This document shows, piece after piece, positions 19,207 through 27,495 of a stretch of DNA of 32,000 bases. Within the stretch, counting starts at the first letter, position 1, and every line of letters begins with the position of its first letter. The position numbers and the translations under genes were made by a program. The notes beneath the pieces are model-generated. The model had not been told where the DNA came from, made no database searches, and saw only the letters and a program-made list of their open reading frames with translations. Source of the DNA: Pseudodesulfovibrio mercurii (GTDB lineage: Bacteria > Desulfobacterota > Desulfovibrionia > Desulfovibrionales > Desulfovibrionaceae); the NCBI RefSeq assembly GCF_000189295.2, contig NC_016803.1, forward strand, positions 3,480,001 through 3,512,000. The letters run 5' to 3'.

Positions 19207-19971
19207 CTAGCCCGTCCCGTTCCGGCCCATGCGTCGCTGCACGCGCTGGAGCTTGGCCGCGATGTTCTCGATCCATTCGGACGGCAGCTCGTTGACGCTC
19301 TCGCGCAGCCGGTTCTGCCACCAACTGGATATGTCGGCCAGGTCCTTGGCCTCGTAGCGCTGCTCCACGATCTCGTGGCTGTGGCGCGAGTAGAGGACCA
19401 CGTCCACCGGGAAATCCACGTCGGACGCGGAGATGCGCGTGGAGTCGAAGGCCAGGCAGCCGACCTTGAGGGCGAAGTGCAGGGGATCGCCGTGCTGGAG
19501 GGTGCGGTCGAGCACGGGCTTGCCGTACCCGCCCTCGCCGATGATGTGGTAGGGCGTGGTGCCCTGGCCGATCTCCACCCAGTTGCCCTCGGGATAGATG
19601 AGATAGAGCTTGTGGGTCGAGTCGCCCGTGAGCTGACCGCCCACCAGGGTGTGCAGGTTGATGTTCAGCCCGCCCCGGCAGAGGTAGGCCTCGTCCTCCC
19701 CGCACACGCGCCGAAGCTCCTCGGCCATCAGGTTGACCATCTTGTAGAGCTTGTCGGGGCGCTCCTCCATGGTGTCGAGGCGCTCCTCGAAATAGGTGAT
19801 CATCTTGTCGCGCACGCTGCGCAGGCCGGAGGTCATGACGAAGAACGCGCCGAACCCGTTCTGGTAGGCCGTGACCTTGCGCGCGGTGATGATCTCGTTG
19901 CCGGAGGTGATGCGCGTGTCGGCGATGCCGACCAGCCCTTCCTCGACGTTGATTCCAAGGCAGAATGTCAT
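19207..19971 (-). CDS. Anbu (ancestral beta-subunit) proteasome-like T1 peptidase
   Basis: The preferred start is ATG 19971, giving MTFCLGINVEEGLVGIADTRITSG. This is the Anbu-type MT(Y/F)C N-terminus, with Thr as the presumed nucleophile. The protein is 254 aa. Its position between alpha-E and transglutaminase matches the conserved Anbu operon. Confidence 0.8.
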   Translation of the reverse strand: MTFCLGINVEEGLVGIADTRITSGNEIITARKVTAYQNGFGAFFVMTSGLRSVRDKMITYFEERLDTMEERPDKLYKMVNLMAEELRRVCGEDEAYLCRGGLNINLHTLVGGQLTGDSTHKLYLIYPEGNWVEIGQGTTPYHIIGEGGYGKPVLDRTLQHGDPLHFALKVGCLAFDSTRISASDVDFPVDVVLYSRHSHEIVEQRYEAKDLADISSWWQNRLRESVNELPSEWIENIAAKLQRVQRRMGRNGTG

Positions 19972-19984
19972 GGCGCGATTGTTC

Positions 19985-20962
19985 TCACTGTTCGCCGGGG
20001 GAGTCAAGCGGCTCGTCGGACACGCTGAAGAAGGTCCGGGACACGGCCTCGTCCACCTGGTTCATGCGCGTCTGCAGGTTGTCCGTGAACTCGTGCAGGC
20101 CCCGGCCGATGATCTCCTCCACGGAGTGGAAGGACATCTCGCCCACCAGCTGGCCCAGGACCTTTTCCGCCAGGTTGGAGAAGTGGCCGATGGGCGTGCC
20201 CGTGATCTGGTGCAGGGAGTTGCGGGACACGGTCAGGCAGTGGAGCACGGCGCGGGGGAAGTCGTGGTCCAGGAGCAAAAACTCCACCACGCTGCCGGGC
20301 GAGATGGGCCCGAAGCGGTGGCGGTAGGCCTGGAAACCGGAGGCCGCCTTGAGCAGTGCGCTCCACTGGATGTGGTCCAGGGTGGAGTTGATGTCCTCGG
20401 CCTTGGGCAGGAGGTGAAAGTACTTGACGTCCAGCAGGCGGGAGGTCTTGTCCGCGCGCTCCAGCATGTTCCCGAGATGGGTGAAGTAGAAGGTCTCGTC
20501 CCGGGTCATGGCCGCGGCCGAGACCCCGCCGAGGATGAAGCCGCGCCGCTTGACCTCGTTGCAGAACGAGAACGGGTTGACGACCACGGTCTCGGGCCGG
20601 TCCGCCGCGCGCTCGACCATGTGGTAGAAGATGTTCACCTCTTCCCACATCTCGGTGGGGATCATCTCGCGGATGGTCCGGGCGTTCTCCCTGGCCATGC
20701 GCAGGCAGGAGCGGATGGAGTTGGTGTATTCGGTGTCGAAGAGCAGGAACCGGAGGACGTTTTCCCGGTCCGCCCGTTTGAAGCGTTCGAAGAACAGGGC
20801 GCGGTCGCCCGTGGTGGCCACCAGGGGCTCCCACTGCTCCCCGAAATTCTCGGGCATGTCCAGGGTCAGCAGCCAGTTGACGTCCACCAGCCGGGCCAGG
20901 TTCACGGCCCGCTCCAGGTAGCGGCTCATCCAGTATACCGCGTCGGCAACGCGTGAAAGCAT
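19985..20962 (-). CDS. Alpha-E domain protein (DUF403 family)
   Basis: The protein is 325 aa with the N-terminus MLSRVADAVYWMSRYLERAVNLARLVDV, characteristic of alpha-E proteins. An SD (GAGAGGAAAG) lies upstream of ATG 20962. The gene follows the circularly permuted ATP-grasp gene. Confidence 0.88.
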   Translation of the reverse strand: MLSRVADAVYWMSRYLERAVNLARLVDVNWLLTLDMPENFGEQWEPLVATTGDRALFFERFKRADRENVLRFLLFDTEYTNSIRSCLRMARENARTIREMIPTEMWEEVNIFYHMVERAADRPETVVVNPFSFCNEVKRRGFILGGVSAAAMTRDETFYFTHLGNMLERADKTSRLLDVKYFHLLPKAEDINSTLDHIQWSALLKAASGFQAYRHRFGPISPGSVVEFLLLDHDFPRAVLHCLTVSRNSLHQITGTPIGHFSNLAEKVLGQLVGEMSFHSVEEIIGRGLHEFTDNLQTRMNQVDEAVSRTFFSVSDEPLDSPGEQ

Positions 20963-21004
20963 GGTCTTTCCTCTCGAAACGTTAAGTGGCGGTCCCCGTG
21001 CCCG

Positions 21005-22438
21005 CTAGCGGGCCAGGACCCAGGTGTCCTTGCTGCCGCCGCCCTGGGAGGAGTTGACCACCAGCGACCCCTTCTTGAGGGCCACGCGGGTCAGTCCGCC
21101 GGGGATGACGCGGATCTCGCCGCCGTAGAGCACGTAGGGCCGCAGGTCCACGTGCCGCCCCTCGAACCCGCCGTCCACGATGACCGGCACGCGCGAGAGC
21201 TTCACCGTGGGCTGGGCGATGTAGTTGCGCGGCCGGGCCTTGATGCGCTCCGCGAAGTCCGTCTGCTCCTCCCTGGTCGAGTGCGGGCCCACGAGCATGC
21301 CGTAGCCGCCGGACTCGTTGGCCGCCTTGACCACCAGCTCGTCCAGGTGGTCGAGGACGTAGGCGCGGTCCTCGTCCCGCCAGCACAGGTAGGTGGGCAC
21401 GTTGGGGATGATCGCCTCCTGGCCCAGGTAGTATTTGATGATCTCGGGCACGTAGGCATAGACGACCTTGTCGTCGGCCACGCCCGTGCCCGGCGCGTTG
21501 ACCAGGGTGACGTTGCCCCGCCGGTAGGCGTCCATGATGCCGGGCACGCCGAGCAGCGAGTCGGGCCGGAACACCGTGGGGTCCAGGAAGTCCTCGCCCA
21601 CGCGGCGGTAGATGACCTCCACGGGCTTGAGCCCCTTGGTGGTGCGCATGTAGACCACGCCCTTCCTGACCACCAGATCGCGGCCCTCGACCAGCTCGAT
21701 GCCGGTCTGCTGGGCCAGGTAGGAGTGCTCGTAGTAGGCCGAGTTGTAGATGCCGGGGGTGAGCAGGGCGCAGGTCGGGTTGGCGTTCCGGTTGGGGGCC
21801 ACGTCGTGCAGGGTCTGGAGCAGATGGGCCGGGTAGTCCTCCACGGGCCGGATGCCCGCGGCCGCGAAGACCTGGGGGAAGGTCCGTTTGAGGATCTGGC
21901 GGTTGGCCATGACGTAGGACACGCCGGAGGGCGAGCGCAGGTTGTCCTCCAGGACGTGGAACACGCCCTTGTCGTCGCGCACCAGGTCCGTGCCGGTGAT
22001 GTGGCACCAGACCCCGCCGGGCGGGTCGATGCCCAGGCACTCCTCGAAGTACCCCTCGGCGGTGAAGATGACGTCGCCGGGCACCACGCCGTCCCTGATG
22101 ATCTTCTGGTCGTGGTAGATGTCGTCGATGAACAGATTCAGGGCCTCGATGCGCTGCTTGAGCCCGAGCTCCAGCCGGTTCCAGTCGGCCGCCTCGATGA
22201 TCCGGGGGATGATGTCGAAGGGGAAGATCCGTTCGGTGCCCTCGTCGTTGCCGTAGACCGTGAAGGTGATGCCGAGATCGTAGAACGCCTGCTCCGCGGC
22301 CTGCTGCCTGGACTGGATCTCCTCCATGCCGAGGCTCATGATCTTGTCCACGAGCAGCTGCGCGCCGGGGCGCGGGACGCCGGGGGCGGCGAACATCTCG
22401 TCGTAGTGCGGTCCGATGTCGTAGTCCTTGAAATCCAT
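21005..22438 (-). CDS. Circularly permuted ATP-grasp type 2 protein (predicted amidoligase)
   Basis: The protein is 477 aa. Its size, its first position in the ATP-grasp / alpha-E / Anbu / transglutaminase order, and blocks such as [23 protein letters not shown] and [14 protein letters not shown] fit the DUF404/DUF407 family. Confidence 0.88.
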   Translation of the reverse strand: MDFKDYDIGPHYDEMFAAPGVPRPGAQLLVDKIMSLGMEEIQSRQQAAEQAFYDLGITFTVYGNDEGTERIFPFDIIPRIIEAADWNRLELGLKQRIEALNLFIDDIYHDQKIIRDGVVPGDVIFTAEGYFEECLGIDPPGGVWCHITGTDLVRDDKGVFHVLEDNLRSPSGVSYVMANRQILKRTFPQVFAAAGIRPVEDYPAHLLQTLHDVAPNRNANPTCALLTPGIYNSAYYEHSYLAQQTGIELVEGRDLVVRKGVVYMRTTKGLKPVEVIYRRVGEDFLDPTVFRPDSLLGVPGIMDAYRRGNVTLVNAPGTGVADDKVVYAYVPEIIKYYLGQEAIIPNVPTYLCWRDEDRAYVLDHLDELVVKAANESGGYGMLVGPHSTREEQTDFAERIKARPRNYIAQPTVKLSRVPVIVDGGFEGRHVDLRPYVLYGGEIRVIPGGLTRVALKKGSLVVNSSQGGGSKDTWVLAR

Positions 22439-22504
22439 GGGACCTCTGTGGGGTTAGCGGTTTCGGCCCGCCTCAGGAGCGGCCGCCAGTGTCCACAGCT
22501 ACAC

Positions 22505-22575
22505 CCATTCACATTAAAGTACAACTAATCATTATTCTCGGTTGATATTATTATATAAAATTACATTTTTGGAAA
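22505..22575 (-). promoter_or_regulatory. AT-rich island upstream of the Anbu operon (putative promoter)
   Basis: This is the only strongly AT-rich stretch in the 310-nt gap. On the minus strand it holds a perfect TATAAT (plus-strand coordinates 22550-22555), about 110 nt upstream of ATG 22438. I found no convincing -35 element. Confidence 0.3.
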
Positions 22576-22748
22576 AGCGATCCGAAGCCGGGGCGGATTC
22601 ACCCGGTGGGTGGGCAGGCGAAACGTTCCGATGGCTTGTGGAGGAGGGGGTGGGCTGTCGGCGGGAGGGTGAATCGGGGCCGTTCGGACGGCAGGGCACG
22701 GAGTCTGCCCCCGACTCCCCGTTCATCGACAGCGACGGGGGCGCGGTA

Positions 22749-23732
22749 TCAGTTCGAACCCGTCACCGCCTCCCAATCCGCGAGAACGGCATCACCCATG
22801 GATTTCGCCGCCTCCGAGCCATACCGCGGCGCGGAAAAATCCGGGGCGGCGGGCAGCTTCTGGAGGAGGATGCCGTCCGTCCCGAACCAGAGGGGAAGAT
22901 AGGCGCTCAGGAAGAACCGTTCGCCGCGCAGGACGTCGATGGCCCAGGGCGTTGCCCGGTCCCCCAGGTCCAACCGAACGTGCATGGAGCATCCGGCGGC
23001 CTCGGCCCGGAACCGGGCCAGCACGTCGGGCAAGTCCTTGCCCGCTCGAAAGATCGTGAGCGTGGCCATGGAGGCGTCCCGCAGGACATCCGATTGCGCA
23101 TTGGTCGATGGGGGAACGGGTGAAGCTCCCGGCTCGACGGTCCGTTTGATCCCGAGTGCCCGATTGCGCCGTTCGATGAATTCGACATAGTCGGGATGCG
23201 GGTGGATGGTATGCGGGGTATCCCTGTAGATACGGAAAAGCGTGAGCAGGGAGGTGTTGACGACGACCCCATTGTCCTGTTTCGGTCCCATGGGCGGAAT
23301 CCGCTCCAACTCCACGCCCGTGGGGAGCAGCCCGCAGTTGGTCGCGGAAGGCTGGGACAGGGTGTGGCTGCACAGGGCCTCGATGAACACGGCGTCTACG
23401 GGGATCTGCGTCGGAAATTCCTCGAGGACCACACGTCCTATGATGTTGGACAGCCCTTTGCCCCGGTGTCGTTTGGAGACCATCAACTGACCGGCTTCAT
23501 AGAGCAGGGGATTGGGCGCAAAGCGAAAGAGGCTGCCCATGGCTGCGAGCCTGTCTTCGCCATCGCGCACAATTGTGGTCCGATGGTTCACGCCGTCGTA
23601 CCGCCGGGAGATTTCCGCCGGGTCGTAGACGTATTTGAGCGGGAAGCCGTCGCCATACGTCTCCTTGTAGAAACGGGAGACATCAGGGGCGTCTTCGGGA
23701 GTGAACAGGGTGATGCGGAATTCGTTGCTCAT
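22749..23732 (-). CDS. Double-GNAT-fold protein (N-acyltransferase superfamily), substrate unknown
   Basis: The protein is 327 aa. The N-terminal half has a GNAT acyl-CoA-binding-type block (QLMVSKRHRGKGLSNIIGRVV). The C-terminal half ends in a GNAT-like beta-hairpin region (RGERFFLSAYLPLWFGTDGILLQKL). Its architecture parallels residues of about 170-448 of the protein at 27479-28825. There is no obvious SD. A 108-nt gap containing a GC hairpin (23801-23827) separates it from the ThiF-like gene. Confidence 0.7.
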   Translation of the reverse strand: MSNEFRITLFTPEDAPDVSRFYKETYGDGFPLKYVYDPAEISRRYDGVNHRTTIVRDGEDRLAAMGSLFRFAPNPLLYEAGQLMVSKRHRGKGLSNIIGRVVLEEFPTQIPVDAVFIEALCSHTLSQPSATNCGLLPTGVELERIPPMGPKQDNGVVVNTSLLTLFRIYRDTPHTIHPHPDYVEFIERRNRALGIKRTVEPGASPVPPSTNAQSDVLRDASMATLTIFRAGKDLPDVLARFRAEAAGCSMHVRLDLGDRATPWAIDVLRGERFFLSAYLPLWFGTDGILLQKLPAAPDFSAPRYGSEAAKSMGDAVLADWEAVTGSN

Positions 23733-23840
23733 CGTGTTATCGGGTTGAGGGTTTTCGGGAATTCGCGGAAAGGCGCGACGGTTGCCGTCACCGCAGCCCG
23801 GACCGCCCGGCGGAGGGGGGGGCGGTCGGCCGGACGGGGA

Positions 23841-24641
23841 TCAGGGTTCCCCTGGCCGGGTGATGTCGGCCACCCGCATCCGCTGGGTCATGAAGTCTAG
23901 GGCCACATAGTTCGGGGCGAATACGGGAGAGCGCTCCACCAGGCCCGTGCCGGCCAGGAAATAGGCCAGCACCTCGTTGGCCAGCAGGGCATTGGCGGCC
24001 AGCCCGCCGATGGCCGTGGTCGCCACCTTTCCCGATGACAGTCCCTGCCGTATCCGCTCCATGGCCGGGCCGCAGAAATGGCGTTGCATGGAAGTGGGCA
24101 AAAGGCCTCCCCCGGTATCGTCCTTCATGGCGAGGGTCCAGAATTCGTCCGCCTTCATCCCGTCAGGCGCGAAGTTGACCATGATCGCCCCGAAGCCGAC
24201 GGCCCCGCATGTGAAGACCGGAACTCCGTATCGCTCCTGCATGGCCGGGGTCATCCTTTTCACATCCTCGCCCTTTTCCGCATCAATGACCGCGACATAG
24301 GCGTCCGCCCCGTCCAGGAAGCCCCCCAGGTTGTCGGCGTTGACGCCATCGGGGTACGGCACCATTTCCAGGTCGGGATTGATGGAAAGGGCAAGTTCCA
24401 TGTATACTTCGAGTTTATGTCGATTCATGGTGGAGCCGAAGGCCGCTGCCTGGCGATTCATGTCCGGCGGATCGAAGATGCCGTTCTCCGCCAGCCTGAA
24501 CCGGCTCGCGCCGCAACGAACCAGGGCGAGAAACGCCCCTCCGCCCACGCCGCCGAGCCCGGCAAAGGCGATCTCCTTGTCCCTGAGGATCGTGAAACCG
24601 CTTTCTTTCATGATCGGGCGGGTTCGGCTCAAAAAATCCAT
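23841..24641 (-). CDS. ThiF/MoeB/HesA-family E1-like adenylyltransferase (minimal, 266 aa)
   Basis: The preferred start is ATG 24641, preceded by GGGAGG about 6 nt upstream. A Rossmann nucleotide loop (AFAGLGGVGGGAFLAL) is followed by FDPPDMNRQ. INPDLEMV and the remaining blocks follow in the usual ThiF order. The upstream part of the 330-aa ORF-track product is Arg/His/Cys-rich junk and is rejected. Confidence 0.85.
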   Translation of the reverse strand: MDFLSRTRPIMKESGFTILRDKEIAFAGLGGVGGGAFLALVRCGASRFRLAENGIFDPPDMNRQAAAFGSTMNRHKLEVYMELALSINPDLEMVPYPDGVNADNLGGFLDGADAYVAVIDAEKGEDVKRMTPAMQERYGVPVFTCGAVGFGAIMVNFAPDGMKADEFWTLAMKDDTGGGLLPTSMQRHFCGPAMERIRQGLSSGKVATTAIGGLAANALLANEVLAYFLAGTGLVERSPVFAPNYVALDFMTQRMRVADITRPGEP

Positions 24642-24726
24642 GACTACCTCCCGGCCCATGGCTCGGTGACGGCCATGGCGCAAGTGTCGGCAAGACGAAG
24701 CATGCCGGTGTCGGCGATGAAGGAAC

Positions 24727-26202
24727 CTATCCTTGCCCTGCGCAATCCCGGCAGTCGAACAAGGAGAAACACATTTCCCCGTGGCCTTCCGGAGTCTCTC
24801 CCCGCAGGCCGAGGTCGTCGAGCAACGGGGCAAGGGAGTCGGGTTCCCCGTTATATCCGAGATGGTTCAGTTCGGCCAACCCCTCCTCCCGGGAGATCAG
24901 CCCGAAATAGACGCCCGCGCCGACCTCGACGACGGACTGGGGGAAAAAGGTGCTGCGCATATTTTTGAACCGCATGAACTGGCAGTGATCCTTGACGGTC
25001 TCAATGCGGCAACTGGTATGGAGCATCCCCTTGTGTCCGGGAGGCATTTCCCACGCCATCTCCTTTTTGATCAGTTCGCCGACCTCCTTCCAGGTGCCAT
25101 AGGTCTCGTTGGTCTTCAATCGGCGTAGTTCGGGCACGGCAAGGGTCGTGTCCCTGCGGGCCGCGTCCAAGGTCCGGTCGAGTTGGCGGTACAAGGGCGC
25201 GAGGCGTTGTCGGACGGAGCGTTGGTAGCGGAGGAACTCGGCCGTTATGGCGTGCGGCGAACAAGGCTCGGGGGCGTTGGCGACCATGTCGAAAAAGTTG
25301 AGGGTCATTTCCCGTTGGGTGGGAGCGGGAGCCTTCGCGGCCGTACGCGGGGATTTCAATTCGCTCATGACGTAGCTGAACACGGCGAGCTGGACCTCCT
25401 CGACCCCTTGCATGATGAAGGGAATCCGTTCCTCCACGGCCACAGGGAAGAAGAGGACGTGCGCCACGGTGGGGCAAAGACAGGGAATCCCGATGGCCGC
25501 GAACTGTTCCCGCATGGCCTGCCGTATCATGTCCCTGGGCAGGGTGCGTTCGATCAGTTCCACCGACGGCAGCAGCTCGATGGACCGTCGGAGATTTTCA
25601 CGACAGGTGTCGTTGGTGTAGGGCATGTTCCAGGCTGCGGCCAGGACCCGCAGGCCGAGTTTTTTCGCCAGTAACCATAAGAGATAGGTGGAGTCCTTTC
25701 CGCCCGTGCACAGCACCATGACATCGAAACGCGATTGGGTGTTGTTGCGCGCCGCCGCGAGCAATTCCGCTTCGGTGATGTAATTTTGCGGACCGGCCGA
25801 GGCCCCCGCCTTTTCCGCCCGTTCATAGCATTGGCAGAAAGCGCACAGGCCGTTCTCGTCGAATTCGAGGCCCGGAATGAGGTAATCGTCATTGACGCAA
25901 CGGATGCACCGCTGGCGGTGTTCCGGCGTGGCGGGTTTCCGGACGTTCGTGGCGTCGACGATGACCCCCTCTTCGGCCAGACGCGCAAAGTCGGGATGTC
26001 CGGTCAAGGATTCCGGCAGGTCGGCAAGAGTGCGGCCCCCATCCAGCGAGGCTATGCCCTCTGCAATTTCCGGAGCGACTTCCAGAATGGACCGGGTGTG
26101 CCGTGGGGGATTGCGCAATCCGTAATAGACCAGAACGGTCTTGTTTCCGTCTTCGCGCGGTTGCCAACGATATTGAAGAGTCGGACGAGTGGGGAGCGCC
26201 AT
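24727..26202 (-). CDS. PP-loop (N-type) ATP pyrophosphatase with an N-terminal zinc ribbon (WbpG/PseA-amidotransferase-like core) and an extra PqqD/RRE-like N-terminal domain
   Basis: The protein is 491 aa. AGGAG lies 5 nt upstream of ATG 26202. It has a zinc-ribbon motif (CIRCVNDDYLIPGLEFDENGLCAFCQCY), a PP-loop (VLCTGGKDSTYL) and a C-terminal cysteine cluster (CFSLFDCRDC). Residues of about 1-95 precede the ribbon and are not part of the standard family layout. Confidence 0.85.
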   Translation of the reverse strand: MALPTRPTLQYRWQPREDGNKTVLVYYGLRNPPRHTRSILEVAPEIAEGIASLDGGRTLADLPESLTGHPDFARLAEEGVIVDATNVRKPATPEHRQRCIRCVNDDYLIPGLEFDENGLCAFCQCYERAEKAGASAGPQNYITEAELLAAARNNTQSRFDVMVLCTGGKDSTYLLWLLAKKLGLRVLAAAWNMPYTNDTCRENLRRSIELLPSVELIERTLPRDMIRQAMREQFAAIGIPCLCPTVAHVLFFPVAVEERIPFIMQGVEEVQLAVFSYVMSELKSPRTAAKAPAPTQREMTLNFFDMVANAPEPCSPHAITAEFLRYQRSVRQRLAPLYRQLDRTLDAARRDTTLAVPELRRLKTNETYGTWKEVGELIKKEMAWEMPPGHKGMLHTSCRIETVKDHCQFMRFKNMRSTFFPQSVVEVGAGVYFGLISREEGLAELNHLGYNGEPDSLAPLLDDLGLRGETPEGHGEMCFSLFDCRDCAGQG

Positions 26203-26268
26203 GGTTTCTCCTGATGCTGGCTGGGCAGAATGGTTGAACCGTATATCCGAATCAGTCGGAACCTGTGA

Positions 26269-26297
26269 ATAATATTGCCAATCAGTTGCTAAAACAA
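26269..26297 (-). promoter_or_regulatory. Possible internal promoter ahead of the PP-loop gene
   Basis: On the minus strand: TTGTTT (plus-strand 26292-26297), a 17-nt spacer, then TATTAT (26269-26274). It sits in the AT-rich centre of the 183-nt gap between the aminotransferase and PP-loop genes. This is a pattern match only. Confidence 0.2.
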
Positions 26298-26385
26298 GTG
26301 CCTCCCCTCAGGCGGACGATCCGGGACGGCTCCCTTGCCGTTCAGTGCGGATTGCCCGGTGGCCGTATCGTCAACCGGGAAATCC

Positions 26386-27495
26386 TCATCGGAACATGTC
26401 CGTCAGGACGGAACAAAATTCCTCCAGCACAGGCCGTTGCTCCAGGCTGACGCGGATCCAGTTCGGGAAGCGGAAGCCCGTCATGGTGCGAACCAAAAAG
26501 CCTCGGCGCAGGAGTTTGCGTTGCAGCAGGGTATCGGAGAGCGGCGTCCGGATCATGACGTAGTTCCCCTCGCCGATGATGTGCTCGAAGCCGAGTTCGG
26601 CACAGGTTTCGTGGATCAACTCGCGTCCCTGACGGACCATTGCCCGGGTCTCCTCGATGAACGGGGACTGGTCCAACAGCGCTGCCCTGGCGGCCTGTTG
26701 GGCCGGGGTGTTCACGGAATAGGCCACGTGCGCACGGCTGATGATGTCCGTGACCTCCTCGCCGGCGCAGAGGTAGCCCACGCGCAGCGCGGCCAGGGCG
26801 TACATCTTGGAGAACGTCCGGAAGACCACCAGATTGGGGTACTCGTCCAGCAGGCGGATGCAGTCCGGATAGTCGGGCCGTTCCACGTATTCGAAATAGG
26901 CCTCATCCGCCACCACGATGCACCGTCCGTCCAAGGCGTTCAGAAAGCGGCGCATGGTTTCTTCATCCCAGTAGGTCCCGGTGGGATTGTTGGGATTGCA
27001 CACGAAGATGATCTTGGTCCGGCCGTCCATGGCGGCGAGCATGGCATCCGGGTCGAATCGCTGATTGCGGTCCAGCGGGATCAAACGCGGCTCGAAGCCG
27101 GAAAATCGCGCCACCCATTCGTAGACCGCAAACGTCTTGTCCGCGGTGATGATGTTGTCGCCGGGCTCACAGAAGGCCTTGACCACGCTCGAAATCAGTT
27201 CGCATGATCCGTTGCCCACCAGAAACCGCGACCGGTCATGGCCCAGGACTCCGGACAGCGCCTCCCGCAGGTCCTGGCTGTCGCCATGGGGATAGATGGG
27301 CACGATGCCCGCCTCGATTCCGGCCAGCAGCTCGCGCACCGCGGGCGAAGGCCCGAGTGTGTTCTCGTTGTTGTTCAGGCGATGCAGATGGGTCAGGCCG
27401 TTCAGCCGCATCAACTCCCTGTCCGGCGGACTCGGCCGGTACGGATCGAAGAGCCGGATGTACTCCGGGACGAGATGGTCAAGCTTCAGGGTCAT
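26386..27495 (-). CDS. HisC-family (class II) PLP-dependent aminotransferase
   Basis: The protein is 369 aa. It carries LNNNENTLGPSP, CNPNNPTGT and the PLP-lysine block FSKMYALAALRVGY, as in histidinol-phosphate/aromatic aminotransferases. Its ATG 27495 lies 17 nt inside the upstream gene, so the two overlap. Whether this is the housekeeping hisC or a pathway-specific paralogue cannot be decided from this window. Confidence 0.88.
   Translation of the reverse strand: MTLKLDHLVPEYIRLFDPYRPSPPDRELMRLNGLTHLHRLNNNENTLGPSPAVRELLAGIEAGIVPIYPHGDSQDLREALSGVLGHDRSRFLVGNGSCELISSVVKAFCEPGDNIITADKTFAVYEWVARFSGFEPRLIPLDRNQRFDPDAMLAAMDGRTKIIFVCNPNNPTGTYWDEETMRRFLNALDGRCIVVADEAYFEYVERPDYPDCIRLLDEYPNLVVFRTFSKMYALAALRVGYLCAGEEVTDIISRAHVAYSVNTPAQQAARAALLDQSPFIEETRAMVRQGRELIHETCAELGFEHIIGEGNYVMIRTPLSDTLLQRKLLRRGFLVRTMTGFRFPNWIRVSLEQRPVLEEFCSVLTDMFR

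Noticed and set aside
19205-19705. A 167-aa N-terminal extension of the transglutaminase-like ORF (447 aa in the ORF track).
   Set aside because: It overlaps the Anbu gene in another frame. The conserved Bact_transglu_N start (RFTLRHLTRYAYS) begins at GTG 19204, right after the Anbu stop.
19972-20007. A 12-codon N-terminal extension of the Anbu ORF (MTPPANSENNRA).
   Set aside because: It would overlap the alpha-E gene end. It would also bury the conserved MT(F/Y)C N-terminus that must be exposed for a Thr-nucleophile peptidase. ATG 19971 is preferred.
18341-22528. Plus-strand ORFs antisense to the Anbu operon (18341-19210, 19375-20028, 19871-20956, 21152-22528). The alternative minus-strand frames 20004-20834 and 20982-22040 belong with them.
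   Set aside because: All overlap genes with clear family signatures and encode low-complexity Gly/Ala/Arg/Val/Pro-rich products. They are shadow frames.
24644-24703. A 19-aa minus-strand ORF (MLRLADTCAMAVTEPWAGR) between the PP-loop and ThiF-like genes. I considered it as a possible precursor peptide for the RRE-like domain.
   Set aside because: There is no SD upstream of its ATG, and its stop sits inside the ThiF SD. Nothing distinguishes it from chance in GC-rich DNA. It is worth checking only if the RRE hypothesis gains support, for example through conservation in orthologous loci or ribosome profiling.
24642-24833. A 64-codon N-terminal extension of the ThiF-like ORF.
   Set aside because: The sequence is Arg/His/Cys-rich and overlaps the PP-loop gene end. 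A strong GGGAGG SD precedes ATG 24641.
26265-26300. A possible sigma-54 promoter (TGGCA...) on the minus strand upstream of the PP-loop gene.
   Set aside because: The GG-N10-GC spacing is not satisfied: TGGCAATATTATTCA has no GC at the -12 position. Only a weak sigma70-like reading remains.
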